The notes: generated by a model not told the origin, from the sequence alone. Shown: positions 10,804 through 20,701, numbered from the stretch's first letter. The stretch: 64,000 nucleotides of DNA from Gammaproteobacteria bacterium (GCA_021773235.1 JAJFKL010000021.1:59540-123539); one strand, 5' to 3'. Program-made: numbers and translations.

Positions 10804-11593
10804 TAAACACCGTGTTCGAAAACGTTTCGGTCAAAACTTCTTACATGACCAAACTGTTATTCAGCGAATCATTGATACTATTAACCCTCAGGAGCATGAC
10901 CATATAATCGAAATTGGGCCTGGAAAAGGAGCGCTAACCTCACCATTACTTAGTTGCGTAGAAAAACTCAATGTTATTGAAATAGACAAAGACCTCGCTG
11001 CTGCATTAAGAACTAACTTCGGAGATGAGAAGCGTTTAATCATTCAAGAGACAGATGCGTTAAACCTAGATTTCAATTCATTTGACCATACAGATTTACG
11101 CATTGTAGGAAACCTGCCCTATAACATCAGCACACCTATTTTATTTCATCTATTAAAATACCGAGAACGTATTAAAGATATGACGTTCATGTTGCAAAAA
11201 GAGGTAGTCGATCGAATATGTGCAAACAGTGGGAACAAACAATATGGCCGCTTATCAATAATGCTGCAATATTATTGTGATGTTGAGTCGCTTTTTGTTG
11301 TTAAGCCAGGGGCATTCACACCCATTCCTAAAGTTGACTCAGCTATTATAAAATTAACACCCTTTCAGCACCCAAGATATGAGTTGTCAGATCATGAGAG
11401 TTTTAAAATTATTGTAAGAGAATCTTTTTCACAGCGGCGAAAGACCATACGGAATGCACTAAGAAAGTACCTGGATGAATCAGTGATTAGAAAGGCCGGT
11501 ATTGCGCCAGAAAATCGTGCTGAAAATTTAGAGGTTTCCGACTTTGTAACACTCGCGAATTGTTACCATCATATGAAAATCAATAGCTTATAA
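10790..11593 (+). CDS. rsmA: 16S rRNA m6,2A dimethyltransferase RsmA/KsgA
   Basis: RKRFGQNFL, EIGPGKGALT, GNLPYNISTP motifs. Confidence 0.97.
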   Translation: MMNTDKHRVRKRFGQNFLHDQTVIQRIIDTINPQEHDHIIEIGPGKGALTSPLLSCVEKLNVIEIDKDLAAALRTNFGDEKRLIIQETDALNLDFNSFDHTDLRIVGNLPYNISTPILFHLLKYRERIKDMTFMLQKEVVDRICANSGNKQYGRLSIMLQYYCDVESLFVVKPGAFTPIPKVDSAIIKLTPFQHPRYELSDHESFKIIVRESFSQRRKTIRNALRKYLDESVIRKAGIAPENRAENLEVSDFVTLANCYHHMKINSL

Positions 11594-11596
11594 CCC

Positions 11597-11830
11597 TGTG
11601 GATAACTCTGTGAATGTTTTCTTGTCAAATTATCGTCACTAATGACTTCTCATTTTAATAAATGCGTATCAAATATGGCTCTAAATAATTAATTATTATT
11701 ATATTCAAACACTTACAACAATACCATAGGCTTTCAGACTCATAGGTCTTATTTCTCATTCAAGCTCTGTACGCAGTATCAAACACTGTGCATAAATTAT
11801 AAGTTTAGGTGAATTGCTAGCAATAACTTA
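11597..11830. promoter_or_regulatory. Cluster of DnaA boxes with IHF-like sites (datA/DARS-like locus?)
   Basis: TGTGGATAA at 11597-11605 (perfect TTATCCACA on the minus strand), TGTGAATGT at 11609-11617 (2 mismatches), TGTGCATAA at 11787-11795 (TTATGCACA). WATCAAN4TTR-like sites with 1 mismatch at 11703-11715 and 11818-11830, in an AT-rich spacer. Confidence 0.5.
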
Positions 11831-11931
11831 CAACAGATATCTCCCAAGTAAGTATTCACCGACCTGTTCTGCTTTTTCTTCTCTATAGTTTATACTCTGC
11901 CGTCCATATTGATGCTAACAACAATAACAAA

Positions 11932-12453
11932 TTGAAAAACATCTTAAGCATAGCCAGCTCAAAAATTGATGCATTTACCGAATATACTGGGAAGTGCACA
12001 TCATGGTTGATAATCACCCTTGTTTTACTCGTTGGCTATGACGTATCAATGCGATATCTATTCCGAAGTGGTTCGATAGGAATACAAGAGCTGGAATGGC
12101 ATTTATTCTCAATCATTTTTCTTATCGGAGCTGCGTATACCCTAAAACATGATGAGCATGTCCGACTCGATATATTTTACAAAAGCAAATTCTTGACCGA
12201 TCAACACCGCGTCTGGATTGATGTATTTGGCTCAATATTTATCCTGATTCCATTTTGTCTGTTGATTATCATCAGTGCCTGGCCTTTTGTCTCCCAAGCC
12301 TATATTCATAATGAAGCTTCACCCGATCCAGGTGGCTTACCATTGCGTTGGTTGATTAAATGCATGATCCCTGCAGGCTTCTGTCTTGTATTAATTCAAG
12401 GCATTGCAGAAACCATAAAAAAACTGACACTAGCACTGGATAAAAGCCAATGA
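11932..12453 (+). CDS. TRAP transporter small permease (DctQ; FcbT2-like)
   Basis: 4 TM segments; QELEWHLF and AYTLKHDEHVRLDI motifs; TTG start; overlaps dctM. Confidence 0.9.
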   Translation: MKNILSIASSKIDAFTEYTGKCTSWLIITLVLLVGYDVSMRYLFRSGSIGIQELEWHLFSIIFLIGAAYTLKHDEHVRLDIFYKSKFLTDQHRVWIDVFGSIFILIPFCLLIIISAWPFVSQAYIHNEASPDPGGLPLRWLIKCMIPAGFCLVLIQGIAETIKKLTLALDKSQ

Positions 12454-13763
12454 CATTGTGGATCATTATGATGTTTGTTGCCCTAATGGTCTTGCTGTTG
12501 ATGGGCTATCCTGTTGCCTTTACCTTGGGTGCCGTTGCGCTCGCCTTTGGCGGTATTTTTCTCGGGTTTGATTTTTTCAACTTATTACCCCTGCGTATTT
12601 GGGGAATCATGACTAACTTCACCCTGATAGCAGTCCCATTGTTTGTCTTCATGGGTGTCGTTCTGGATCGATCTGGTCTGGCTGAAGACCTGTTAGAAAC
12701 AATGGGAAAGCTTTGCGGAAAATTAAACGGTGGTCTGGCACTCTCAATAGTTATTGTTGGAGCGATGCTAGCGGCGACGACAGGTGTTGTTGGCGCAACG
12801 GTAGTAACCATGGGGATTATTGCCTTACCGACAATGTTAAAACACAATTATTCTGCGCCTCTGGCAGCAGGCACTATCGCAGCATCCGGAACACTTGGCC
12901 AAATAATTCCCCCGAGCATTATATTGATACTTTTAGGCGATGTAATGGGTGTGCCTGTTGGTCGCTTGTTTATGGGCGCAGTGATACCTGGTTTTATGCT
13001 TGTATCTTTGTTTATGGTCTATATTCTTATTTATTCATGGTACAGACCTGCCGCTGCACCAGCTCTTAGTACCAGCGCGGATGAACTCAGCTACCTGTCC
13101 ATACTGACTACTCTGTTCCCTCCCCTAATCCTGATTTTGGCGGTATTAGGTTCAATCTTTTTTGGTATTGCCTCGCCAACTGAATCGGCTGCCGTTGGCG
13201 CCATAGGCGCACTGATACTGGCTGCACTACATAAAAGATTAACCCTGAAAAACCTGATCGACTCAATGCAACAAACCACAAAACTAACCAGCATGGTCTT
13301 TATGATTTTAATCGGTGCTACGGCTTTTGGTCTTGTATTCAGGGGAATGGGGGGAGATAGCCTTGTTTCAGAAATCATGTCTAACTTACCAGGAGGAATG
13401 TGGGGGTTCTTATTTGTTAGTATGCTTTTGATCTTTGTACTTGGATTTTTTCTCGATTTTCTACAGATTTGTTTTATTGTGATCCCCATCCTTGCACCGA
13501 TAGCTAATCAATTTGGTGTCGACCTACTCTGGTTCGCTGTGCTTATTGCTATCAACCTGCAAACTTCGTTTCTTACACCACCTTTTGGTTTCTCATTATT
13601 TTACTTAAAGGCCGTTGCACCCGAAGAAGTTCGTATTCAGGATATTTACTCCGGCATAATCCCATTTGTACTATTACAGGTTGCTACAATAATCATAATT
13701 ATATTAGTGCCTGACCTAGTAACCTGGTTGCCTGACCTGATGGATAACATTCATGGCCTTTAG
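12450..13763 (+). CDS. TRAP transporter large permease (DctM; FcbT3-like)
   Basis: AATTGVVGA, GTLGQIIPPS, NLQTSFLTPPFGFSLFYLK motifs. Confidence 0.93.
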   Translation: MTLWIIMMFVALMVLLLMGYPVAFTLGAVALAFGGIFLGFDFFNLLPLRIWGIMTNFTLIAVPLFVFMGVVLDRSGLAEDLLETMGKLCGKLNGGLALSIVIVGAMLAATTGVVGATVVTMGIIALPTMLKHNYSAPLAAGTIAASGTLGQIIPPSIILILLGDVMGVPVGRLFMGAVIPGFMLVSLFMVYILIYSWYRPAAAPALSTSADELSYLSILTTLFPPLILILAVLGSIFFGIASPTESAAVGAIGALILAALHKRLTLKNLIDSMQQTTKLTSMVFMILIGATAFGLVFRGMGGDSLVSEIMSNLPGGMWGFLFVSMLLIFVLGFFLDFLQICFIVIPILAPIANQFGVDLLWFAVLIAINLQTSFLTPPFGFSLFYLKAVAPEEVRIQDIYSGIIPFVLLQVATIIIIILVPDLVTWLPDLMDNIHGL

Positions 13764-13790
13764 ATATAGACCCAAATATTTATTCTGATT

Positions 13791-14633
13791 TTATTTTCTA
13801 AGAGTGTTGATCACTGAGATAGTCTCAGGCTTTACCCCATGCCAGATAAAGAACGATTCAGCTGCTTGCTCAACCAACATACCCAAACCATCTATGACCT
13901 TTGTTGCGCCCAGCTCAGAAGCCCACCGCATGAATACCGTAGCTGTATCTGAATACATTAAATCATAACAACAGGTGTTTTTATTGATCACTGAGTCATT
14001 TATAGCTGGCAGTTTACCCTTTAAGCTTAGAGAAGTTCCATTAACAATCAACTCAAATGATTGAGTTGCTATATCGGAATATGAGCATGCGATAATATTC
14101 CCTAACTCAGAAAATTTATCTGCTAATTCTTCGGCACGTGAAACGGTGCGATTCGCAATAATAATTTGAGCAGGCTGTTGTTCGCATAATGGTTCAAGAA
14201 TTGCTTTTACTGAACCTCCAGCACCTAAAATGAGTACGGCTTTATCCTTAATATTGATCTGATGATTTATTCTCAAATCATTAATAAAACCTCGCCCATC
14301 GGTGGTATCACCAATACTTTCTAACTGCTCATCAAAGCGAATCGTATTGACCGAACCACATAGTTCAGCACGTTGAGTTAATGAGGTGCAAAATGAATGC
14401 GCATCTTCCTTAAAAGGTACGGTTATATTTAAGCCAAGGCCACCCTGAGATGCAAATAAGTCTACATACTCGTCGAATTTATCTGTGGGTACTTCTATAG
14501 ATTGATAATGAAGTTCTATGCCCGTTTGCTTGGCAAAAAGAGAATGTATTTGAGGAGATTTACTGTGATTTACCGGGTGACCAAATACAGCATAATTTGA
14601 TACAGAACGATCCAGTATAAAATCACCTGTCAC
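13791..14633 (-). CDS. aroE: Shikimate dehydrogenase
   Basis: GHPVNHSKSP, NITVPFK, GAGG, NRTVSRA, DGLGMLVEQAA motifs. Confidence 0.95.
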   Translation of the reverse strand: MTGDFILDRSVSNYAVFGHPVNHSKSPQIHSLFAKQTGIELHYQSIEVPTDKFDEYVDLFASQGGLGLNITVPFKEDAHSFCTSLTQRAELCGSVNTIRFDEQLESIGDTTDGRGFINDLRINHQINIKDKAVLILGAGGSVKAILEPLCEQQPAQIIIANRTVSRAEELADKFSELGNIIACSYSDIATQSFELIVNGTSLSLKGKLPAINDSVINKNTCCYDLMYSDTATVFMRWASELGATKVIDGLGMLVEQAAESFFIWHGVKPETISVINTLRK

Positions 14634-14675
14634 AATAAATTATTAGAATAATATTACTGATTCAATAAAAATGTA

Positions 14676-15734
14676 TTAGCCGCTTGACCGTTCGACCAAG
14701 CCGCCCTTGAGACAATGAACCAATAGGCCTCGCTCACTCAATAAATAAGCACATGCTGAACTTTGACGACCACTATTACAATAAAGAATATATTCTTTTT
14801 CTGGGTCGAGCGATTGTGCTTTTAGACGCAACATAAAGAGTGGAATGTTAATACTGCCTTCGATATTTGCGTTCTTAAACTCACTATCTAACCTGACATC
14901 TACCCAGACTGCGCCTTTATCCTTAACCAAGGCATCTGCTTCTTCATTGGTCACCCAACTTAGCATCGGTTCTTTTAACAGCTCATTGAAATCCTCTTTG
15001 GATAAACGCATTAAAGAACCATCAGTGGTCATGATGATGTTTGCATTTCTTTTTGCTTCTGAGAGCAGTGCTTCTTCTCCAAAAGCGTCACCATCACCTA
15101 AAGTAGCCAAGGTCAATTCTGAACCCGTTTTCGAATTACGTGTGACCTTACATTTGCCATGCTTAATGATGTAATAATAATCGCCGTCTTCGCCTTGACT
15201 AATAACAGCATCACCTGCCTTCATGGGTACTTCCTGAACGCGCATGAATAAGGCCTGTATATTAGCTGGTGGGACTTGTAGAAAGGCCTTGGACTGCAAG
15301 ATACGTGTCATCCAGTCACTATCATCATCTTCCTCTTCATCTCCTTCATCAACCTGGATTTCATCAACTTCAATGCCTGACAACTGGTCCCAGGTGAGCA
15401 AAATATCGAGTAGATCGCTATCGATTCGTATTACTTTTGAATCTACCTTGGCCATCGCGGTGTGTTTTCGAGGTTGTTGATTCACAAGTGGATGTTTGGC
15501 TATATCTGAACCGGCTAAAACAGTCTTGGTTTCACCTGCACTTGATGAAATCTCCGCCTGACCATCAAGTAAATAAACAGATTGTCTATCAGCGTCGCCT
15601 TCTTTAAAAATAGCTTTGCCCGCAGGGACATCTTCAACAAATGTCTTGCCTGCCAACTCTTGAAAGTTTTCAGCGTTTAGCGCGCTTGGCGGCACAAATG
15701 ATTTTAATAAACTTTTATCAACAAGATCAGACAT
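14676..15734 (-). CDS. Tandem cyclic-nucleotide-binding domain protein with C-terminal rhodanese domain
   Basis: CNB1 (IFKEGD...YLLDG), acidic linker, CNB2 (VISQGEDGDYYYII...FGEEALL...RNA), rhodanese (VDVRLDSEF...IEGSINIP...YCNSGRQS). Confidence 0.85.
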   Translation of the reverse strand: MSDLVDKSLLKSFVPPSALNAENFQELAGKTFVEDVPAGKAIFKEGDADRQSVYLLDGQAEISSSAGETKTVLAGSDIAKHPLVNQQPRKHTAMAKVDSKVIRIDSDLLDILLTWDQLSGIEVDEIQVDEGDEEEDDDSDWMTRILQSKAFLQVPPANIQALFMRVQEVPMKAGDAVISQGEDGDYYYIIKHGKCKVTRNSKTGSELTLATLGDGDAFGEEALLSEAKRNANIIMTTDGSLMRLSKEDFNELLKEPMLSWVTNEEADALVKDKGAVWVDVRLDSEFKNANIEGSINIPLFMLRLKAQSLDPEKEYILYCNSGRQSSACAYLLSERGLLVHCLKGGLVERSSG

Positions 15735-15996
15735 TTAGGTATTTTCCTTACACAATTTCTTATTATCAACTCAACAGAATACCAATTGTAAGCGTTGAGT
15801 AGAAATATTTAAATACACAAATTCATATTGACTAGCTCAGTAATGAATTTGTATTCAAAAGGAGACTAATTTCAATCAGAATATCATGGAGAATTTAAAT
15901 GCAAAATGAGAGCCAAACCAAATTAATGACGACGCATTATAGGGTGGTTTTTATGAAAATTTTTCTGCAGTTTGTTTGAAAAAAAACTATATTCTC

Positions 15997-16028
15997 CGCT
16001 TGATTGCCTAAAATCAGACAATCAAGCG
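15997..16028 (-). terminator. Hairpin just downstream of amtB; probable terminator or stabiliser
   Basis: CGCTTGATTG-N12-CAATCAAGCG inverted repeat about 25 bp after the amtB stop. Confidence 0.45.
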
Positions 16029-16052
16029 AGGTTTATTCGCGGACAAGATTTA

Positions 16053-17327
16053 TTACATATTATAACCGCGCTCATTATGTAGAACGAGATCAAGGCCTTC
16101 AGTCTCTTCGTCTTCATCAACTCTCAAGCCAATGAACATATCTATCAATTTAAGCAAACCAAATGTAATCAGACCACACCAAGCAATAGTGGCAACTGCT
16201 CCTAGTGCTTGTACGCCTAATTGAGAAACTATTGAATAAGACTCATCAGTCGCTAAACCACCAAATGAGTTTGCATAAAAGACCGCTGTTAATAATGTGC
16301 CTAAAATACCACCGACGCCATGGACCGGAAAGACATCTAGCGAATCATCAATCTTCAATACGCGTTTGATATACTGTGTGGCAAAGAAACATATCACACC
16401 TGCCAATAAACCAATTAACAATCCGCCCATAGGACCAACATAACCGGATGCCGGTGTGATAGTACCTAATCCGGCCACCATTCCGGTTACAATACCAAGA
16501 ACACTGGGTTTCTTAAATTTTATCCACTCACACATCATCCAGGCTATTGAACCAGCTGCTGCTGAGATGTGGGTCACCGCTATTGCCATACCTGCCCCAG
16601 CTCCGGCTGTTAATGCACTCCCACCATTGAATCCAAACCAACCAACCCAAAGCATTGCAGCACCTGTCACGACTATTGTCATATTATGCGGTGGCATAGG
16701 CGTCTGTGGAAAACCCTTTCTGTTACCAATAACTACTGCTGCGACAAGAGCGGCAACACCAGCATTAATGTGAACCACAGCACCACCAGCAAAATCCATA
16801 AAACCGAGATCACTTAACCAACCGCCGCCCCAGACCCAATGACAAACCGGAGCATAAACGAGGACAAGCCAAATAGCGCTAAACCAAAGAACTGCGGAAA
16901 ACTTCATTCTCTCAGCAAAACCACCCACTATTAATGCGGGGGTGATAATGGCAAAGGTCATCTGAAACATAAAAAAGACCATTTCAGGAATAGTCCCACT
17001 CATACTCTCTAATTTGATATCAGAGATCATAAAATTACCTAACCCAATGATCTTATTTATCGAATCGCCATCACCAAAGGCCAAACCATAGACGCCGACC
17101 ATCCACATGATAGAAACAAGACAGGCAATGGCAAAACATTGCATCAACACTGATAGAACATTTTTAGCTCGTACTAAACCAGAATAAAATAAGGCAAGAC
17201 CTGGTAGGGTCATAAATAAGACCAACGCCGTAGAAGTTAAAATCCACGCTGTATCACCACTATTTAATTCATCCGCAAATACAATGCTTGGACATAATGT
17301 AACTAAAAATAATAACGCGCGACTCAT
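16053..17327 (-). CDS. amtB: Ammonium transporter, AmtB type
   Basis: FQMTFAIITPAL, DFAGGAVVHINAG, WFGFNGGS, DDSLDVFPVHGVGG; twin His retained. Confidence 0.96.
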   Translation of the reverse strand: MSRALLFLVTLCPSIVFADELNSGDTAWILTSTALVLFMTLPGLALFYSGLVRAKNVLSVLMQCFAIACLVSIMWMVGVYGLAFGDGDSINKIIGLGNFMISDIKLESMSGTIPEMVFFMFQMTFAIITPALIVGGFAERMKFSAVLWFSAIWLVLVYAPVCHWVWGGGWLSDLGFMDFAGGAVVHINAGVAALVAAVVIGNRKGFPQTPMPPHNMTIVVTGAAMLWVGWFGFNGGSALTAGAGAGMAIAVTHISAAAGSIAWMMCEWIKFKKPSVLGIVTGMVAGLGTITPASGYVGPMGGLLIGLLAGVICFFATQYIKRVLKIDDSLDVFPVHGVGGILGTLLTAVFYANSFGGLATDESYSIVSQLGVQALGAVATIAWCGLITFGLLKLIDMFIGLRVDEDEETEGLDLVLHNERGYNM

Positions 17328-17384
17328 TCAAATCTCCCCGTATGCAATGCTGTAATATGAAATATCTAATTTAAAAATATATAA

Positions 17385-17735
<351 letters not shown>

Positions 17736-17811
17736 TTAAGTAGTAATACAGTTAATGCACTTTTTTGGGGTAACAAGATTAACAATAATTACAATTTGGT
17801 GCATTCGTAAA

Positions 17812-17828
17812 GGCAGGTATTATGCCAA
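17812..17828 (-). promoter_or_regulatory. sigma54 (-24/-12) promoter of glnK2-amtB
   Basis: Minus strand TTGGCATAATACCTGCC = TGGCA-N7-TGC with GG-N10-GC spacing, about 90 bp upstream of glnK2. Confidence 0.75.
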
Positions 17829-17886
17829 TTAAGTTTTTAGCATCTGTGACAAGGACTTATAGTTTTAAATGTGTTTTTTTCAGCTT

Positions 17887-17933
17887 CAAATCACAATTAT
17901 ATGCACTTATTAAGTGCATATAATTGTGATTTG
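17887..17933. repeat. Perfect 47-bp palindrome (23-bp arms, 1-nt centre)
   Basis: CAAATCACAATTATATGCACTTA-T-TAAGTGCATATAATTGTGATTTG. Confidence 0.95.
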
Positions 17934-17948
17934 CACCAAGTTAATTCA
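17902..17948. promoter_or_regulatory. NtrC enhancer boxes for glnK2-amtB
   Basis: TGCAC-TTATTAA-GTGCA at 17902-17918 matches TGCAC-N7-GTGCA; weaker TGCACC-N5-AATTCA at 17932-17948. Confidence 0.75.
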
Positions 17949-17955
17949 GAAATAT

Positions 17956-18104
17956 TCAGCATGGATGTTGCGGATATCAAAGAGGCAGGAGATGAATATC
18001 TGTTCAGTACATCCTGTACATCGTCGCTTCGGACTCCTCGACTCTGTCTCCTCATTGACGCGGAGCTAATCCTTTAGGGCGTTCTAACTCCTCGATCCAT
18101 GGAT
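17956..18104 (-). repeat. Modular REP/MITE-like intergenic element, copy A
   Basis: Shares ATGTACAGGATGTACTG (17/17), CGAGGAGTCCGAAGCGAC (18/18), CTCCTGC and CATCCATGC with the element at 42279-42484. Confidence 0.75.
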
Positions 18105-18106
18105 AT

Positions 18107-18132
18107 AAAAACGGGCGCATGAAGCGCCCGTT
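18107..18132 (-). terminator. Rho-independent terminator of the porin-glnK1-amt1 unit
   Basis: Minus strand AACGGGCGC-TTCAT-GCGCCCGTT ending in a T run, about 25 bp after the amt1 stop. Confidence 0.8.
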
Positions 18133-18157
18133 GTTGGTTTAAAATTAACTATAATAA

Positions 18158-19438
18158 TTATCTGCTAGTAGACATCCCAGATGAAGCGGTAAATTCAGGA
18201 TAGGCTTCTTGTCCACATTCACTGATGTCGACACCTTCCATTTCTTCATCTTCACTGACCCTGACACCCATGACTGTTTTAATTACTAACCACGTAACCA
18301 GACTTGCGGCAAAGACCCAGACAAAGATAGTCAACATACCAATCAACTGTCCGCTAAATGTAGCATCCGCATCGGTAATCAAGACTGCAAAGATACCCCA
18401 AATACCAACTACACCATGTACCGAGATTGCACCTACAGGGTCATCAATCTTGAGTTTGTCCATTGTGATAATACTGAAGACTACTAATGCACCACCGGCG
18501 GCACCAATCAGAGTGGCCTGTAGTGCAGTTGGATCAGCAGGTTCTGCAGTAATCGCGACCAAGCCAGCCAATGCACCATTAAGCGCCATCGTTAAATCAG
18601 CTTTACCAAACATCAATCTGGCAACGATTAAGGCAGCGATTAAACCACCTGCTGCTGCTGCATTCGTATTAAGGAATACATAAGCGACTTCATTAGCAGC
18701 TGCGATTCCACCTAACTTCAGTGTTGAACCACCATTAAAACCGAACCAGCCCATCCATAGAATGAAAGTACCTAAGGTAGCTAATGGAAGGTTTGCACCC
18801 GGTATAGCACGAACTTTACCATCCTTAGTATATTTACCTTTACGAGGACCGAGTATTAATACACCTGCTAATGCAGCAGCTGCACCAGCCAAATGCACGA
18901 TACCTGAACCTGCATAATCACTATAGTTTAATTCGTATAAACCAAATACAGCGTTACCACCCCAAGTCCAACTACCTTCTAAAGGATAAATAAGACCGGT
19001 CATCACCACTGCGAAGGCAAGGAACGCCCAAAGTTTCATCCGCTCAGCAACTGCACCTGACACAATCGACATGGCTGTTGCGACGAAGACAACTTGGAAG
19101 AAAAAGTCTGAAGCACCTGAATAGACTGCACCGCCACCAAACTCATTTTCTGCAGAAGCTGCTAACGCCCCAGCAACATCAAGGTTGCCCACTGTTTCGA
19201 CACCTGACAAGAACATGCCGCCGCCATACATGAAGTCATAACCACAAACCATGTACATTGTTGAAGCTATAGCAAACAACGCGACGTTCTTCGTTAAAAT
19301 TTCAGTTGTATTCTTTGAACGAACTAAACCGGCTTCCAACATTGCGAAACCTGCCGCCATCCACATAACCAGTGCACCACAGACCAGGAAGTAAAATGTA
19401 TCCATGGCGTACTGTAATTCGAAAATATTATTTTCCAT
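18158..19438 (-). CDS. amt: Ammonium transporter, second subfamily (Amt1-like)
   Basis: AGFAMLEAG, FFFQVVFVATAMSIVSGAVAER, DYAGSGIVH, DDPVGAISVHG; twin His retained. Confidence 0.95.
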   Translation of the reverse strand: MENNIFELQYAMDTFYFLVCGALVMWMAAGFAMLEAGLVRSKNTTEILTKNVALFAIASTMYMVCGYDFMYGGGMFLSGVETVGNLDVAGALAASAENEFGGGAVYSGASDFFFQVVFVATAMSIVSGAVAERMKLWAFLAFAVVMTGLIYPLEGSWTWGGNAVFGLYELNYSDYAGSGIVHLAGAAAALAGVLILGPRKGKYTKDGKVRAIPGANLPLATLGTFILWMGWFGFNGGSTLKLGGIAAANEVAYVFLNTNAAAAGGLIAALIVARLMFGKADLTMALNGALAGLVAITAEPADPTALQATLIGAAGGALVVFSIITMDKLKIDDPVGAISVHGVVGIWGIFAVLITDADATFSGQLIGMLTIFVWVFAASLVTWLVIKTVMGVRVSEDEEMEGVDISECGQEAYPEFTASSGMSTSR

Positions 19439-19463
19439 CTCTAATCTCCAGGAATATTAATTA

Positions 19464-19877
<414 letters not shown>

Positions 19878-19888
19878 TTAAAAGGTAT

Positions 19889-20638
19889 CTAGAAACTACT
19901 TGATACGGTGAACACTACTGCTTCTTCAAATCCGGTTCCCCAAAAGGTATCCGCATCATCAATACTGTCATACCAGGAAACATCTAATGTGAAAATTGCG
20001 ACGTCTTTGCTGAGCCCTACGGAGTAATGTGAATAATCAGACAAGGTAGAACGATCAAATGCTTGGTGACCTACTTGTCCGGCTAAGCTTATGCCATATG
20101 GTAGAGATAACCCCATATCAATGGCGGTGTAATAAGAATCGCCACTTTCGCCAAAATAGTCTGGGCTGTAAGCGAAAAACACACCAACTGCAGGTTCGAG
20201 TTGTACATTACTAAATGTGTATCCTAAAGAGCCATAGACTTCAAAGAAATCTGCATCACCACCATAGGCTGCTTCTTCACTATCTTTAGTGCCTGCATAA
20301 TGATAATAAAGGCCACCCACATCCCAGCTGATTCCGTTAGCGAGTTCACCAGCAACACCACCGTAGTAATCAAGCTCAATATTACTAGAGGGTAAACCGA
20401 TGTCTTGAAAATCAACGTTTGATGCCCAAACACCGACATAAACGCCGGAGGAATGTCCATAATCAAAACCACCTGAAATTGCAGGCTGTTCATCTGTTTG
20501 AGACCCACCTCGATACATATAGTCAGTTGCGATTGCCACATTAGCACTGAACTCATGCGGCGAGTCGTCGGCAATTGCTACATTTGATATCAACATTGCC
20601 GAACCAACCATGATTGAAGTCATTATCTTTTTCATCAT
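19889..20638 (-). CDS. TorF/Gcw_chp (TIGR02001) family putative porin
   Basis: Signal peptide, ATDYMYRGGSQT, PAISGGFDY, YVGVWASNV, C-terminal Phe; typical position upstream of glnK-amt. Confidence 0.88.
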   Translation of the reverse strand: MMKKIMTSIMVGSAMLISNVAIADDSPHEFSANVAIATDYMYRGGSQTDEQPAISGGFDYGHSSGVYVGVWASNVDFQDIGLPSSNIELDYYGGVAGELANGISWDVGGLYYHYAGTKDSEEAAYGGDADFFEVYGSLGYTFSNVQLEPAVGVFFAYSPDYFGESGDSYYTAIDMGLSLPYGISLAGQVGHQAFDRSTLSDYSHYSVGLSKDVAIFTLDVSWYDSIDDADTFWGTGFEEAVVFTVSSSF

Positions 20639-20701
20639 CTTTCCTCTCTGTAAAAGTTAATCCAATAAAATGAGTGTTAATATTCCTAATAATTATTCAA
20701 T

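Noticed and set aside
11594-11931. Chromosomal oriC
   Set aside because: Only two consensus DnaA boxes, no recognisable 13-mer or GATC array, and no dnaA, dnaN, gidA or rpmH neighbours. Kept only as a datA/DARS-like candidate.
15817-15852. TAGCTCAG (tRNA D-arm-like) inside an ACAAATTCAT/ATGAATTTGT inverted repeat
   Set aside because: No acceptor stem, no GTTCGA T-loop and no cloverleaf; the AT-rich inverted repeat cannot be assigned a function.
17871-18077. 68-aa ORF between amt1 and glnK2
   Set aside because: It spans the NtrC palindrome and the repeat element, which explain the sequence better.
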